Source of the DNA: Trichoplax adhaerens
Taxonomy: Eukaryota > Animalia > Placozoa
Direction: 5' to 3'
Length of the DNA: 64,000 nucleotides
Assembly: GCF_000150275.1 (NCBI RefSeq)
Contig: NW_002060976.1
Coordinates: forward strand, 129,626 to 193,625
The notes beneath the pieces were generated by a model that had not been told where the DNA came from, made no database searches, and saw only the letters and a program-made list of their open reading frames with translations. Each line of letters begins with the position of its first letter. Within the stretch, counting starts at the first letter, position 1. Shown in pieces: positions 36,502 through 50,800 of the stretch. Made by a program: the position numbers and the translations under genes.

Positions 36502-38559
36502 AATCAGGTTGGAATATCTTCTAGGAATATTTTACGCTAATTTTTTGACCACAATTCTATTTAAAACTGGCTAATTTTACTTGGGAAATCTCGTGCGACG
36601 ACAGTAATCTATTCGAATTTCAAAAATGTTTAAATGAATTGGAAACTAGATGTCGATTGAGTGGGAACGGCTTATTCTTAAATGAATCCATTGATATCAT
36701 ATGAACTTTTCTTCAATAACAATTATTGCATAATTAATACCAATGTAATATGACGAGATTGAGGGTCAATATGGATTCTTTTCATAGTCGTGAATTGAGA
36801 ATTAGATAGAAAGTAATAGAGGAACTGATAATTATGATCATTGTTTTCAGTTTATAGCAGTCAGCATCATTGATTGCTATACAGTAGGCGGGTAAAACGA
36901 ATAATTTAAGATGGAACTAATTTCAAGGAAAAATAAGGCTTATGTTACAGTAGGCTGGAAACAGAGTCTTCCTTGCTTCTTACGTACGATATCATATCAG
37001 TACCATATAAAAGTAACCATAACATACATAAAATACTTCATTAATATAGCACTACTTAACGTAAGTTATGTAAAAAGAAGATACAAGAAGAAATATGACT
37101 AAACAAACAAATCTATTTACGCCTGCACAGTATTAGAAAATTATTTAGAATTTCCATTAAAGATGCAAGCATTAACCAATGAATTATTTATTTTAATATA
37201 CTTCTTGTTATGATTTGAGAAATTTTGTTCTTTACACGCGTAGTTTGGTTCATTTCCATACCTAACAATTTTAATCTTGGTACGTTTCCTCTTAATATTT
37301 AACTTTTATACAGTCTAGTACCTACACAGTTTACGACGTCAATCACAGTATACTTTCTCTTCATCGTTAATTATTGTGTGGCACTTCAGTATATTAAAAT
37401 GCTGATATTATTCATTCTCATGAAGATATAAATATATGAAAAGGATGTAAAATTAACGAAATATTAATTATGAGCACTAGGAATTTGTATGAAGGACTCA
37501 TTGGATGCAAAATGTGTATTAAAGCTTTACACCAGATGCCATCTCATTCATCCTGTGAAAAATACCCAATGTTTTGTCGTTAATTATCATTATTTGTTAA
37601 GTTTAGGTCTCTTCACTTTTCCACATAAGTAGCCAATCTTATGATTTATTGATTTGCGGAACCAATCTTGAGATAATTTATTTAGTTTCATGCCCTTCGT
37701 CGAGATTGCTTTGAGATCTTGTGCAACTAGATAAAGTTAAAAAATTTGCTATTCAAATCTTTCAAATAGAAACTTGAGATACCGGGAGCAATCGAAGTTA
37801 TCAATAAGAGTAAAAAATGATTTGGTACAATCTTTTTAAGTTGTTTGGATTGTAGCTAAATTTGTGTTGTCTAAATTAAGAACTTATGAGATATTCTAAC
37901 GGTAAAATTCTACCTTATGAAACTGCAGATTTATCATACTGTAAGTAGTATTAATTTCTATAACTTGATAGGGTACTGTGACTAATCATTCTTTAAAGTG
38001 TTAAAATTGTGCTACCGAAAGACCGGTTTCTGTTCAATAGTAATGGAAAATTGATCAAACAAAGAGGTGTGAATAAAAGTTTCGAGAAAATAACAATTGA
38101 TTCCAATGCTGCTTCAGTTCTAATAAATGGAGAGTTTATAGAGCTAAGTAAATAAATAAATTTTCTCTGTCCCAATGCCATAATATGTTCATGTTTATAG
38201 AAAGCGTTTTTGAATTTTGGACCTTTCGCACTTAGTCTTCATTATGTTGTTTATGTATGTACTCCATCTTCAGGGGTAATTTATTATAGAATAGCAAATA
38301 GCTAATTATAAATATATACTTAGAACAAAAAACTGGAGTAGATTTTCATATTACTTAACAAAGGCATCATCTTTCTTTTTATACGTGTTAAAATACTTTT
38401 CGTTGTAAATTATGAAGGCATGAAAACATAGTTTAATTAAGAGTGCAGATTGTTTCTATCTCATATTTCATATTCAACTATAGGACGTTATTATGCTAGG
38501 TGATGCTTACATAGTTAGGAATAAATTTACTCGTTTCTCCTACTCCTATTACATTTCCT

Positions 38560-38918
38560 TGTTGTAATTTGGTATTATTTACAGTATATGTTGTATACTC
38601 TAACTTAGCACTGTTGCGAATACTCACGGATCTCAACCTGCTGCACAAGATTAGATAGAATAACTGTATTCGGTACTTGTTATCATAAGAGAACTATGTC
38701 TAGTCAGGTGATCTGACTTATCTGTATCCAACCATTAGCCGAAAGACTACACATAAATGTGCACATCGTGCAATCAGTCATTCAAGGGTTCTAGTTTCTA
38801 AAAGTACGCTCTAGGCTACGAGTAGCGAAGTTCTTGGAATACCTATTTGAGTCTTTACTTGATTAATTCGACATCAAGTCATATATACATATATTCATCA
38901 AGAACTACAAATACAACA
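38560..38918. mobile_element. Solo LTR or short TIR element (359 bp)
   Basis: Termini TGTTGTAATTTG ... CAAATACAACA form an inverted repeat. Flanks TTCCT / ATCCT look like a 5-bp TSD with one mismatch. Confidence 0.6.
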
Positions 38919-38999
38919 ATCCTAAACATCGAAATTTTATCAGGAGAAAAAATAATGAGACCATAAGTAGTAAATTGAACAACAGGATTATAGTCTATG

Positions 39000-40380
39000 G
39001 GTTCTTAATCAATACTTACTTAATGAAGGCAAATAGTTCTACACTGCATCTTATCACTCTATTCCTAACAACTAAATACTGCAATTAGATGAAACTTTGA
39101 CAACAAGCTTACTGTAAGGTAAACCCTTCCCAACATCTACTCTGCCTACAACTCTTAGTACTGGCGATCTCTCCGTTATCAGGAGGTTATAGTAAACTGT
39201 AGTTCTACCTAGACAAGAGCTGAGCGCAAACTTTACTAAAAAATGGTTCGATATTTCGTGAATCTATTGGAATATTTACTCATTATAAACACATATGTAT
39301 TATTATAAAACTATGCAGTCATCTATACAAGTATGTAAAAAATCAAATAATGGTGCTGCATTATAAATTATCTATCAAAATTAAGATATATATTTGTTTA
39401 CGAAAATCTCTTCGCGTCAATATTACAGTACAAACTGGTCTTTAGATAGCAATCTTAGTAACAAGTACGTCGTAGTCTGCCAAGTGGCACATGATCCTTG
39501 ATGCTTAGATTATAGAATGCGAATTTTTCAGTGATTGAGCGATTAGAAACTAATTATTGCTACAGCAAACTCGCCTTATTGTCAGCTTTATGGTAAATAT
39601 TACTCCAATTGGTTAAATAGCTTACCTTGCTACTTAGCATGTAGCGTTGGAACAAAAGCAAGTATTATGTCTATCTTTTGATGCTATTAATTATTATTGA
39701 TCGCTATCTTGATATCGTTTATCTGCTTTCTGCATACAAATTCATCATTAAATAGGCTAATATTCTTGCTATCATTTTTTGGTCCGTTGCATGCTTATTT
39801 GGTATTCGCGATTCTATCTTGATACCGGAATTTGTATGCCCAATAATTTTATTAATATGTATTATCGGATATGGCTACTGGCCTTTGCGATAGCTACGAG
39901 GTTTGCTGGCTTGTTACGTTTGGCCTTTACATTAACATAGTAATAGCCACTCAAAAATTCAACCGCAAAATTCGTATATCAGTAATTATTAACAAAAACG
40001 TATGGCTATGCTCTTTTCTATATTCTACTAAAAGATTTAATATCATGGCTGTCATTCTATTTCACAATTTATGCTGCTAAGGTAAAAAGGTGCAAGCAAT
40101 GCTTTCGAATATTAGTTTATCGTTATCATCGCATTACCGCTGAACTCTTCAATCAATCCCTTTCTTTATAATTTTACCAATACCGAAATGCTATACGCTA
40201 TTATTGGATTTCTAGAAATGCTGTCGCAACATTTTTTAGATAAATTACTACTACCAACAATACTGAATGCCTCGATTACACTTCACTTAAAATGCAGTCA
40301 AAAAAGAAGAAATTCTGATTCGCCTTCAGCAAAGCCAGGATGGACAATCCTTTCGGAGATTTTATTTATGCAATGACGAT
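39000..40380 (+). pseudogene. Decayed LGR/relaxin-receptor-like rhodopsin GPCR (7TM region)
   Basis: IIATANSPYCQLYGKYYSNWLNSLPCYLAC, LIIIDRYLDIVY (DRY at 39699-39707), TGICMP and TM7 ALPLNSSINPFLYNFTN (NPFLY at 40155-40169). Multiple stops and frameshifts. Confidence 0.75.
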
Positions 40381-41891
40381 TCTTTTAAATATGAGGATTT
40401 TAACATGATCGCTAATACCAATGAAAGCAATTACTAAGAATTTCTTTAAAATTCTAACGGTTCTAATAAAATAATGCTAAATTAATTTAAATCTACAAAT
40501 TAATAGCTTACATCGAACTATTGAGCTTTGCTTTTATATGCAATTATGCTTCGATTGTCCTGCGTCTAATTACACTACCAAAGCAAAATCAGAATGTAAT
40601 TTTGAAATAACTTATCTTCAAAATGCGTAGACTCATTCAGTGTTATGTGCATTATTAGCTAAGCGATATGATAATTCATTACTTTCGCCTACATATTCCA
40701 TAGAATTTTCAAATCCATAATACTTCTCATTTCGATAGGCGCAATTTGGTACCCCCTGTGTCATCCATAGCTTATTACAAAACTTTAACTTTTTACAAGA
40801 TTGATTTTTTATCTGGAGAAAATTTAGAACATCGTCTATGTTCGAACATTTTACCGATTGCTATGTTCGCTCATACATAGTATTAAAATTCATCTATTTA
40901 AATGACCTTGTTTCAATTGTGCAGCTTACAGATATGCCTATATATCTATAAACTAAAATTGTAGAGGTAATCATGTTTTTTCACTTTTATAACTTAGAAA
41001 AAAATCTATTCATATGATGAATTCAAATTCTTACCGGTCTGTATTTGTAGGAATAATTAATTCTCCGTTCATGTGTGCATAATTTCCGATATACCTTAAT
41101 ATATAAGGTAGATTATATTCTATGTGATCATATTTTCTCATTATCACTGTGCATAGACTTCAAAATTATTTATAGGATGCATATGAATTGGCACCAGTAC
41201 CGATTGCACAAATAATTAATCAAGCGTTTAATTTATATCTTACTGATATGCTAACTACGTCAAGCTCAATAAACTAAATTATTCATTATAGTTAATCTGA
41301 TAACAGAATAATAACCTTTTTATTAGCTCGTTAGTTAACGTCTTATACCATTTTCTGCTCTTTACTTACATCAAGACTATCTATCTCTGACCTACTACTA
41401 GTTGCAACTTATCTGCTTTACACTCTGTTAACACATAATTTATACTAATATTACATATGGATAATGTTTCTTTATTTTGAAGGATATTGATAACAATTAA
41501 ATTGAATTTCAGTAAGTGAATATAAAGGATGTTTATTAAAAGCGTGACTGATTCATGAAATCTGTCTTACGGGATTTAGCAGGAGCTGAACATCAGTATA
41601 GGAAAATTGAATATTGCATTTGATAACTTTATGGCAAAGGTTTGTACTTGGAAACAAACAGATAGCTTTAAGACAAATATAGCTTCCTGGAATTAAGCAT
41701 GTGCTTTATTCAACTGTAGAACGATTCATAAGGTAACATATTTAAGATTAGATTAATTTTAATCATAATTTATTGTAATTCAGTGCTACTTAACCACAGT
41801 ACTACAAGTGGAATCAGAGATGATTTCGCGAACTACATTAGATAAACATTAGAATCTTCGAGCCTGACGGTATCTAAATATGCCAACACAT

Positions 41892-44800
41892 TTAAAACAT
41901 TTGCGTTTGTGATACAATGTTATTCAGAGCTACAGCTTCATTTTGAGGATCTTTTATTCTTGAAATAAAGAAGATAAAGCCTGGTAAAGTTAATCCTTGA
42001 CAGGATATAGACACAATATATAAAATCCCAAAGAATCTTCTTGCACTTTCTGGATATCTTATGTTAGTCAATGCCAAAGTTAGCCATGTTAATGATAAAA
42101 TGATCATCAGTATTATGATCGTTTTCAAGAACCTAGGAATATCGTTGCTATGACCCATTTTGAACAGTCTTCGAAGTCGGAATAAAAATAGCAATGCAAT
42201 GATCAATATAAAGCCAATGAAACAGTACATTGGATAAGTAAAGAACCAACTGGCATGATAAGGATTCATCCAACAACTGAAAATAATAAATGTAAAGTAA
42301 TTTTAATAGTAAAATAATCAAAATTACTGAATAAAGCATGAAAGCTGACGCAATATGTCTCCATTTAAATAAGAAGACATCAACAATATTAATTAAACAT
42401 CTCATCAATTGATGTAAAGAATTACATAGAACAATTTCTTTTAAGATTTAATGAGTATAAATAGCCACAGAGCTAAATGAAAGTATATAATAAAACAAGA
42501 ATTTTCTATGTAAGTGTTGCTTACAATCCTGCATAATTACGGCCATAAATTTGGGCTTTACTAGCTGCTACAGAAATTCCAGTTACCAAAGTAGGTACAC
42601 CTTTAAAACAATCATTTAAATAATTTATGATATCCCGTTAAATATTTAGGATATGATGGAGTAGGTTAAGGCTGAATAAATAATTACCCTAAATTTAGTG
42701 TAATGTTGTAATGTAATGATTACTAAACGGCTTCAGTTTAACATTGTATCAACGCAATAATGTATGCTTATGTTGATGTTTAAGTATTAGCAGTATGACT
42801 GAAGAAATTTGCAAAAAATTTGATACATCAGATGAACACATGTTAAGTTGGCTACCATTTAAATTTGAATACCTAACAATTTGAAATATCCTCGTGAATT
42901 TTAAGATTATACTGTTTAATTTGCAAATTAGGTACGCAAGCTATTAAGATAACTGTTTTCATGGTCTTAGTAGAGTGTGACTTAATGCGTTTATCTCTTT
43001 CGTAGCATGAGAACTTATTACAATTTTCCTATAAGCTCATTTTGGCTATTGAGATTATGAAAAAGATCGAGTGCCAAAATGTTAAGTAGGATCTTCTCGT
43101 TAATATAATACTTTTAGTATCAAATTAATCTAAAAGATTTTATAATTCGAATGAAGATTTCATTTTTTTCTAAATAATTCAAATCAGTGCAGTGCGATCA
43201 GTAACAAAATTTTAGGATTTTCTACCGTCAGTCATTTCATAAATCTTTTATTCTTGATTTCAGCTACTGCATAAATCAATTAGAAAATGCTTTCATAACA
43301 TGATTATTTTCGTTTATTTAAGGCAATTAATTTGATAGTTTAACATTCAAGGAACGAATAATTCTTATGCTTGATACGGAAATTCATGAAATTTAAATCT
43401 ATATTGCGAAAGAATGCAATGATTTCTGCTAATTGTAGTAGTACCGTAGGTGGCTAACAGTAACTAGACGGCACACTTATACTGTTTCTAGATTGAAAAT
43501 GGGATTCTCCATTCAAGGCCATATCTGATAGCCAAATACAATATTATGTAGACTGTCTTGCATATAAGAGTTAAAGTATAATTATCTGGTTTATCTTAGT
43601 CAGGTGCATAATAGAGCTTTTACAGTCTTGAACAAGTATATCTACTATAGAGTGGAAGCATTTATTTGTGTAGTTTGTATAGAAGTGATTCGTACGCAAA
43701 TTCATCTAAGTGGCATTGTCTGCTTTATCTAATTCGTTTTCAACTGTTCTTATAAGAAGCAAAAATCAGAATTCTTTTTCGACAGACACACGTAGCTGTA
43801 AATGTTATTATTCAAGGCTATTTTTTCAGTGTTGACCTTTAAATTAGGGAATTACTGAATTTTGTTAACTCAAACATTAGGTTACGTAGGCGAACTAACG
43901 GTAATAGCTGGAGATTATTACACAGTCATTACATAGAACAGAATTAAAATCAGTTCGATTTGTCTAAATGGAAATCAAATCTTGGTGATTTTATGACAAC
44001 TTACCATAGGCAATGGTGACTGCAAGTAGCCGCCATTTTGTAATGTTTACGAATTTTATATCGGAAGAGGCTTTAAGAAGTTCAAAATAGGCGTAAACTG
44101 TAGTAGTAGCCATCCAAAGAATTTTTGAAAACATGAATAAATAGACGAGGATCGATATAATCTTGCATAAGATTTCATTATTGGTGGCTCGTTGAACACC
44201 ATATTGCAGCGAACAGACAACAGCCATGGCAATATATAGATTAATAATCATGAATTTGCCCTCTCCAATTTGTATTTTGCTACATAATAGACAAATACTG
44301 CTAGTTATTAATGCATAAAATACAGAACTTAAAAAATCAATATCGCAGTGTTTACAATTTGAGCGTAGATAATGAATAAGATACTGATATTGAAAATTTG
44401 AAATTTTACAATTACTGTTGCTTTTAGTATTAGTAATTCAACTATTTTCAAAAATTGCGAGACCTACAATAATAGCCCATTTAAATTTCAGTAATGGTAT
44501 TTATGCACGAAATTATCGTAGCTTATACGTAAGTTTAGTAGCCTCTTCTATGTAATTTTGTCTCTAATCATTTATTATGAGATCGTATTTCGACGTTTCG
44601 ATATTTCAGCTACCGGCTTAGTATTAACTAAAACGGTGCAGCTATTTTATAGCAAACGTTCAGTATCTGCTACTAAAAGTCTATGTTCTGAGTTTGTGAC
44701 TGATAAGAGAAGATTTAGTACTCCAATAAATGTAGGAAATATATAATATGAACGAGAACCGATACGAAATCGGTCATTTTGCAAACTGCCAACGAGAACC

Positions 44801-47800
44801 GATTTTGCATCGGTTCTTGTTCATATATACTATGATAGTCCGAATGTAGCGAATGATTTAGCATTGCAGATAGTATTGTAGCTTATATATAAGATTAACC
44901 GCCTCTTCCAATGTAGCTTTGTCCCGAATCGCTTTAATGTGCATTTTAAGTAGTCATTTACTGATATTCTGAAACTTTACCAACAGCTAAACAATAATCA
45001 TAATAGTACAGCTATTATAGCAGACGTTCAGCATATGCAACAATAATTGCATGTTATAAGGTCATGACTGTTACAAATTTTGCTCACCACTCGAACGAGG
45101 AAAATGTTGGTAATCTAACTATTAGAGAGAAGGATTAAAGATAGTACAACTTAATCTATGTATACTCAAATATTTATATTGTCTAATAATAACTACTATT
45201 TACTTATATACCCGTATTACGGTAGCTCTATTTTTAGAACTTTACTATAATATTATTCACTAATTGAAACTTAATAGAGTCTGGTCATCAAATTATCGTG
45301 GGCAGACGCCTGCAATACTAGTTGCAAGTTGCTATTTTTTACAAGAACAATCCAAGAATGCTCACGAGTTACTAACTTCATCCTTTATTTCTTGCTTAAC
45401 AAGTTCTTTATATAATAGCCCATACTTAAGAACTGTCCCTAAGAGCAAATAAAGTCCATGCTTGATATGCTAAGCGAAGAATTTATGATACTGTACATTT
45501 CTTTACGATAATAGTGTAATAAAGTAGGTATGTCAATACTAGATAAGATGGTATGTCAATACTACATAAGATGGTATCCGTACTTATTAATACGAGTACG
45601 TACCACAGTCGGCCAATAATTATAACATACTGATAACTATGCTTGCTCACGGAATCGTAATACAAGTAAAGGTTCCTTATAACTTTGTTAGATCGTATAG
45701 TAATGATCTTGTAATTTAGCAATTAAAATCTAAAATCTACTTAAGAGCAGGTCAAACGTAACTCAGGGTGTTTTTTGTGCAGTAAGAAATTTCATATGTA
45801 ATGGATGATAAAGATTACTATTCTTAAACTTAAATACTACAATTACGACAGTGTTATGTACTGTATTAGAGTAGAAATATCTATGTTAGGATAATTCTGT
45901 TAGCTTATCCTTATTTAGTTAACTTTTAATTTGGATATACTATGTTTCAATATAGCACTGACTTTTTATGACAGTGACACTTTGTTACGGAGCCATGCTT
46001 CGAAATATTAATTGCTATGTTATTTAAAATATCTCATTTAAATTATTGTTTGCTCCAGTAGCTTATTAGATATTAATGTTTATTAATAAGCACTTATTAT
46101 AGCCAAGGTATCAGAAAGTTAAATATTGTTGACGTGTCAGAACTAACATACTTAGTCTGTCAACGTTAATTAATAACACCTTAAGTGTAAGATCAATTAC
46201 TTTGTGGAGCCTTGAGGCTCTAGTTGCTATACTAGGATATGTATACTGTACAGTGTAAGCCGCTATTTCAAAAATATTCACAAGTGTACCATCGGCGAGA
46301 CTATAAAAAGCGGAGCACTAGCTTAGCTTCTCAGTTTCAGTTAGTCATTTGCAGTATCTTTTGACTATTATTGCTAAGAATATTCTTACGTTTTTCTTTA
46401 GTACATTTTACGACTAAGGTTAACGAAAATAAAGTAAAGTATTTAAACCTATTACTCAATAGTAGCTTTTTTGTGTAGCTGAGAGTTAGTTCAACTACGA
46501 TAGGTCCCTAAGTTAGTTAGGAACACAAGTACTAGTGAAGATAGTGTTTAAGACCCGGTTTCTTGTTACAAAGAAGATTTGTAACACACTTATACACATA
46601 CTGAAATTAATAGTTATAATGGGGAATGCAAATCATCTACTTACAGTTCCAATCGTTGTGATTGTAATTTATTTATGGTAGATTGTAAATTATCGTAGAA
46701 ATGTTCCGTGATAGGACATATCGTGATCTGACTATTTCTGTATTAGTCACCAGATGTCTATGTTCGTAAATACTGTTGTCTGCATTAAGGGAGCAGTAGC
46801 TAAAATTAATATCTAATTCAGTAAATGATTCCAAACTTAATCGTACTAACTATGACTCATAAGCTATTGAGGAATGGTATATAAATGCAGTATATCGTGT
46901 AATAAAGTGGATTCTTAAACTTAGCATTTAACGTAAAATATGAGGCGTATAAGTCTTTGTATAATCTGCTAGTAAAGCAAAAGTGTTTGTGATAGTGCAG
47001 ATATCGTTCCTTGATACATGGTTCAAGGAATTGACTTATTGATCGTACACTACGTTTTCTTGTTGCAAAGCTGTTTTGTGACAACAATTAGAAATTGTTC
47101 TAAAACAATATTGATGTATTTACATGATTAAGTTAATGCTACGACCCGAGATAATATTTAAGATAAGAGAGATTGTAACTAAAAGACCATGTATAAGAAC
47201 TTTTTTGTATACCTACTGCTGCTATGAACTCTAAATCAGGAATAGTAATATCGAAAAATAACTTTCTGCACAAGATTTTTCTTCATAAATAGGGTATTCT
47301 CATAAAGCAAAAGCAGTCGCAATTGTTGAGGAGGGTCATAGCTATGGCTTTTGACTTTGAATCTCAATTATATCCTATTCTTTCTTGTTATTACATTGGA
47401 TTACTGTTATGATTCTGTATATTATATTTTATCGCGATCATATTTAGTACCAATATGTTTATGCATATCGCTATTTGGTGATCAATAATGGTAGGATTTT
47501 TCGCTTCGAAGAAGGCGAAATGTTATTTTCTAATTGCAATAGTCGTAAGTGGTGCAATCTCAAATAAGCTCAAGACTAAGATAATAGGACTGTACGTAAA
47601 TAGATACAATGTAAGCTATATCGTAAGATTGCATAAGTGTCTTACTTAACGAAATTGGAGTACAAATACAAACATAATATGTTAAAATGACGTATCTATT
47701 CACTCTCAGTAACAGAAGCATAACAAAAGGAAATTTCTGTAATTAATCAATTAAGTCTTTATGGAATTAAAGATGCACAATTAAAACTAATCTAATCGGT

Positions 47801-50800
47801 TAAAATCACATTTACCATTTCGATCTCCAATAGATGAATGAAATAAGGATTGATGCTAACGACAAGCCACTGCAGATTTCTGTTATAAGCCTTATTGCAT
47901 AGTTGTAACCCGTGACGGACCGAACTTTTCGTAATTTTTCGTAGTGATTTATAGCAGGATGTTTTGGGTATGTCGACTACAAAATATTGGATAGTTTAAG
48001 TAGCTCTTAAATAAATTTCCATTACTATAAGTTATAAATAATCGAGTAAGAATATCCGATCTTGGTAGAAGTTTGATACCTTCACCTTTACTATTAGTTT
48101 TGATTTATAAATTCGCACTAAGTCAATGAGGCATATAAACAGATATAAATACTATTTATCATACATGTTTATTTGTCAAATTAGCAGTTCCATTTATTGG
48201 ACTATGGCAATGTATAACTTTACGATATATGCTCTATTTAGTCTAACAGTTTCGTTTTCTGTGCTTATTTTGTTCTAAATCTACCAATGCAGCCAACCAT
48301 TAGTCCATATCTCAGTTACTATAGCTATCGTACTCGTTAGTACGATCTACTGATCCGCATAACATCTTAACTACTAGCATATCAATTTATATTTAACAAC
48401 CGCTATTTTCTTGCGAACCACACACTACAATAAACAGCCTATATTAAAGTGAGATGGTAAATTATAATCTCTGATGATCACTGCAAATGATTTTACTCAT
48501 TGATCAAATCCTCAATACTTTATTGAAGCTATCATCGTTTCTATAAGAATTTGAATTAATGCCATTAAAGTTAATTAAGCCTTAAATAATCCAATCACCT
48601 GCGACAACTTGCAAAGTCTAGGGACCAGCTGTAACTGACCAATATGGCCTTTATTCATAGCTTGATTCCAAATACGCTTGAAATTTATATGTCTGAAGCC
48701 AGTATTAACATAGTATTGAGTTTGAAGTATCGATATTATTTCCAAAACGCCACTGACAATTAAGTGATAATATATGGTAAAGAAGGAAATAGGTATAAAT
48801 ATTTATTTTAATGCATTTATTGCCCTCTTAGCCGTCAATAATTACACTATAGTTACTTTATCCTTATAATAAAGTGTCCCTAATTACCAATAATTATACT
48901 TGAAGTGTAGAACAGATTTGAGTACTAAGCCTATAATCACGTTGTATAATAAATCGCAAAAGTCACAGTAATTATTTCAGCTAGTTACAGTAGCAATCTG
49001 AAGAAAGATTTGCTCTTGATGTAAATTAATTCGACGGGCTTTATGTAGTAATTCTATAATATTGATATTACGAAACGATGCACTTGTATCACGTTAGAAG
49101 TTTGACCAATTGTAATGTCTAAAATTTAGAGTCAGTGTATTGGGAATCTAAGGATTAAAATCTTTCTTTAAAGCTAACATTTTAATATATTATGAAATCT
49201 TAAATAATCCCGTGGCATTAAACTAAGATAAGAAGTTGGAAGATCTCTAAAGTATAATTAGTTAAGCTACTCGTAATTTCTGGCTTCGATTAAATCGAAT
49301 CTACATACGAAATACTTAATTAGAGCTAAATATCCCTACTATTGAAACACTTATCCTTTTTTTCAACAGCAGATGCTAAATTAAAGTTCATGAATTTAAA
49401 AGCAATGGCGATAACGTCTACGAAATTTTACTAAAATCACAATCCAAGACTAGATAAGGAGCGACCATACTAATCTCTAATTTCCATATTTTCTCTATTG
49501 TAAATTGATAAAGTACTGTGCACACAGGGTTGATTAAGATAATGTATAACTCCTAGTTATGTATGCGTGCATGCACATGTCAATACCCTAGGGTTACCTG
49601 CAATTTCTTAGATTGGTTCTTGGTGATGAATTTTGGACTGAAGACGGTAATTCATCCAATGTTTGACAGTAAGGCAAGTTTCTATCCAGCAGATGTAAAA
49701 TAAAATAAGGAATTAAAGAAAGTAAAAGATAAATAATAATTAAAAAATAAGTAATAAATAATATAATGATGCTAAAAGATATTTCGAGATATTTCGCAAA
49801 AATGGATATCTCAAATTATTGCAAATAATGATATTATAAGTCTAATTAGTTCTTAAATTATATGTTCCCTTAGTTTTTTTCCAATAGAAGTCTCTAAGGT
49901 ACCTTATTTTTATTTAAGGCGCCATAGAACTACTATAATGTAACTATCTGGTATAGTTTGATGGGATAGACTTAATCGCTAGATGCTTTAAAATCTTGTA
50001 AGATTGTACTGAGAGGTTAAGCATAACAATGTGAACTAATTTATTAAAAAAGGGCTGTTTGCAGTATCTAAAATTAATAAAATAACGAACGTGTTACGAA
50101 ATAGCGAATCTCAGGATCTTTCTGGTTAAGCTTTGCTTTTATTAAATATGTTTATTCTTTTAATCAGATCTGACAGATATTTAAAACTGGTTGTATCATA
50201 CAAGTTGAGCTTAATTATTTGATTGAAATAGCAATAAATTGGCGTATTTCTCATTTCTTTTATTATTGAATGTGAATAATGCGCCTAATCTGTATATTTT
50301 ATTACTAAACTAATTCATAATAGAATGCACGCAATAATCTGATTGAGTTGGCCATAAATTGCCATAGTTATTTATTCCTCTTCAATTTCCCAACTTAATT
50401 CAATGTAAGCAAATGCAATCAGTATGGTTTTATAGTATTCAAAAGTCATTATATTCGTAAGTAGAAGCTACACTGTCACAAAGGCCAAAAGACCCTATCT
50501 GTACTATAAATTGATTTTTAAGCAGTTAATTTACACATTCAAAGTCTTGAGCATACACAATTACTTCAGTGACTTTGAATAGAATATAATAAAGCACTAA
50601 TAATTTCATATAAATATCTAGAACAAAGTGAAGGCTGAGATAAATTCTACTGAGCATTCATAAACGTAATAGTCGAGCATGTTTCAAATTGTCTAGCCCG
50701 ATTGTTGCATATGTTATGGTGTTATGAACAATGAAGGCATCACTAAATGCAATTTTATTTTCATATGCCAGACTTTATGATAGCATAAAACTAGTGAAAT

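Noticed and set aside
45213-45664. Possible further LTR with CGTATTACG...CGTAATACA ends
   Set aside because: No target-site duplication found, so the boundaries are unsupported.
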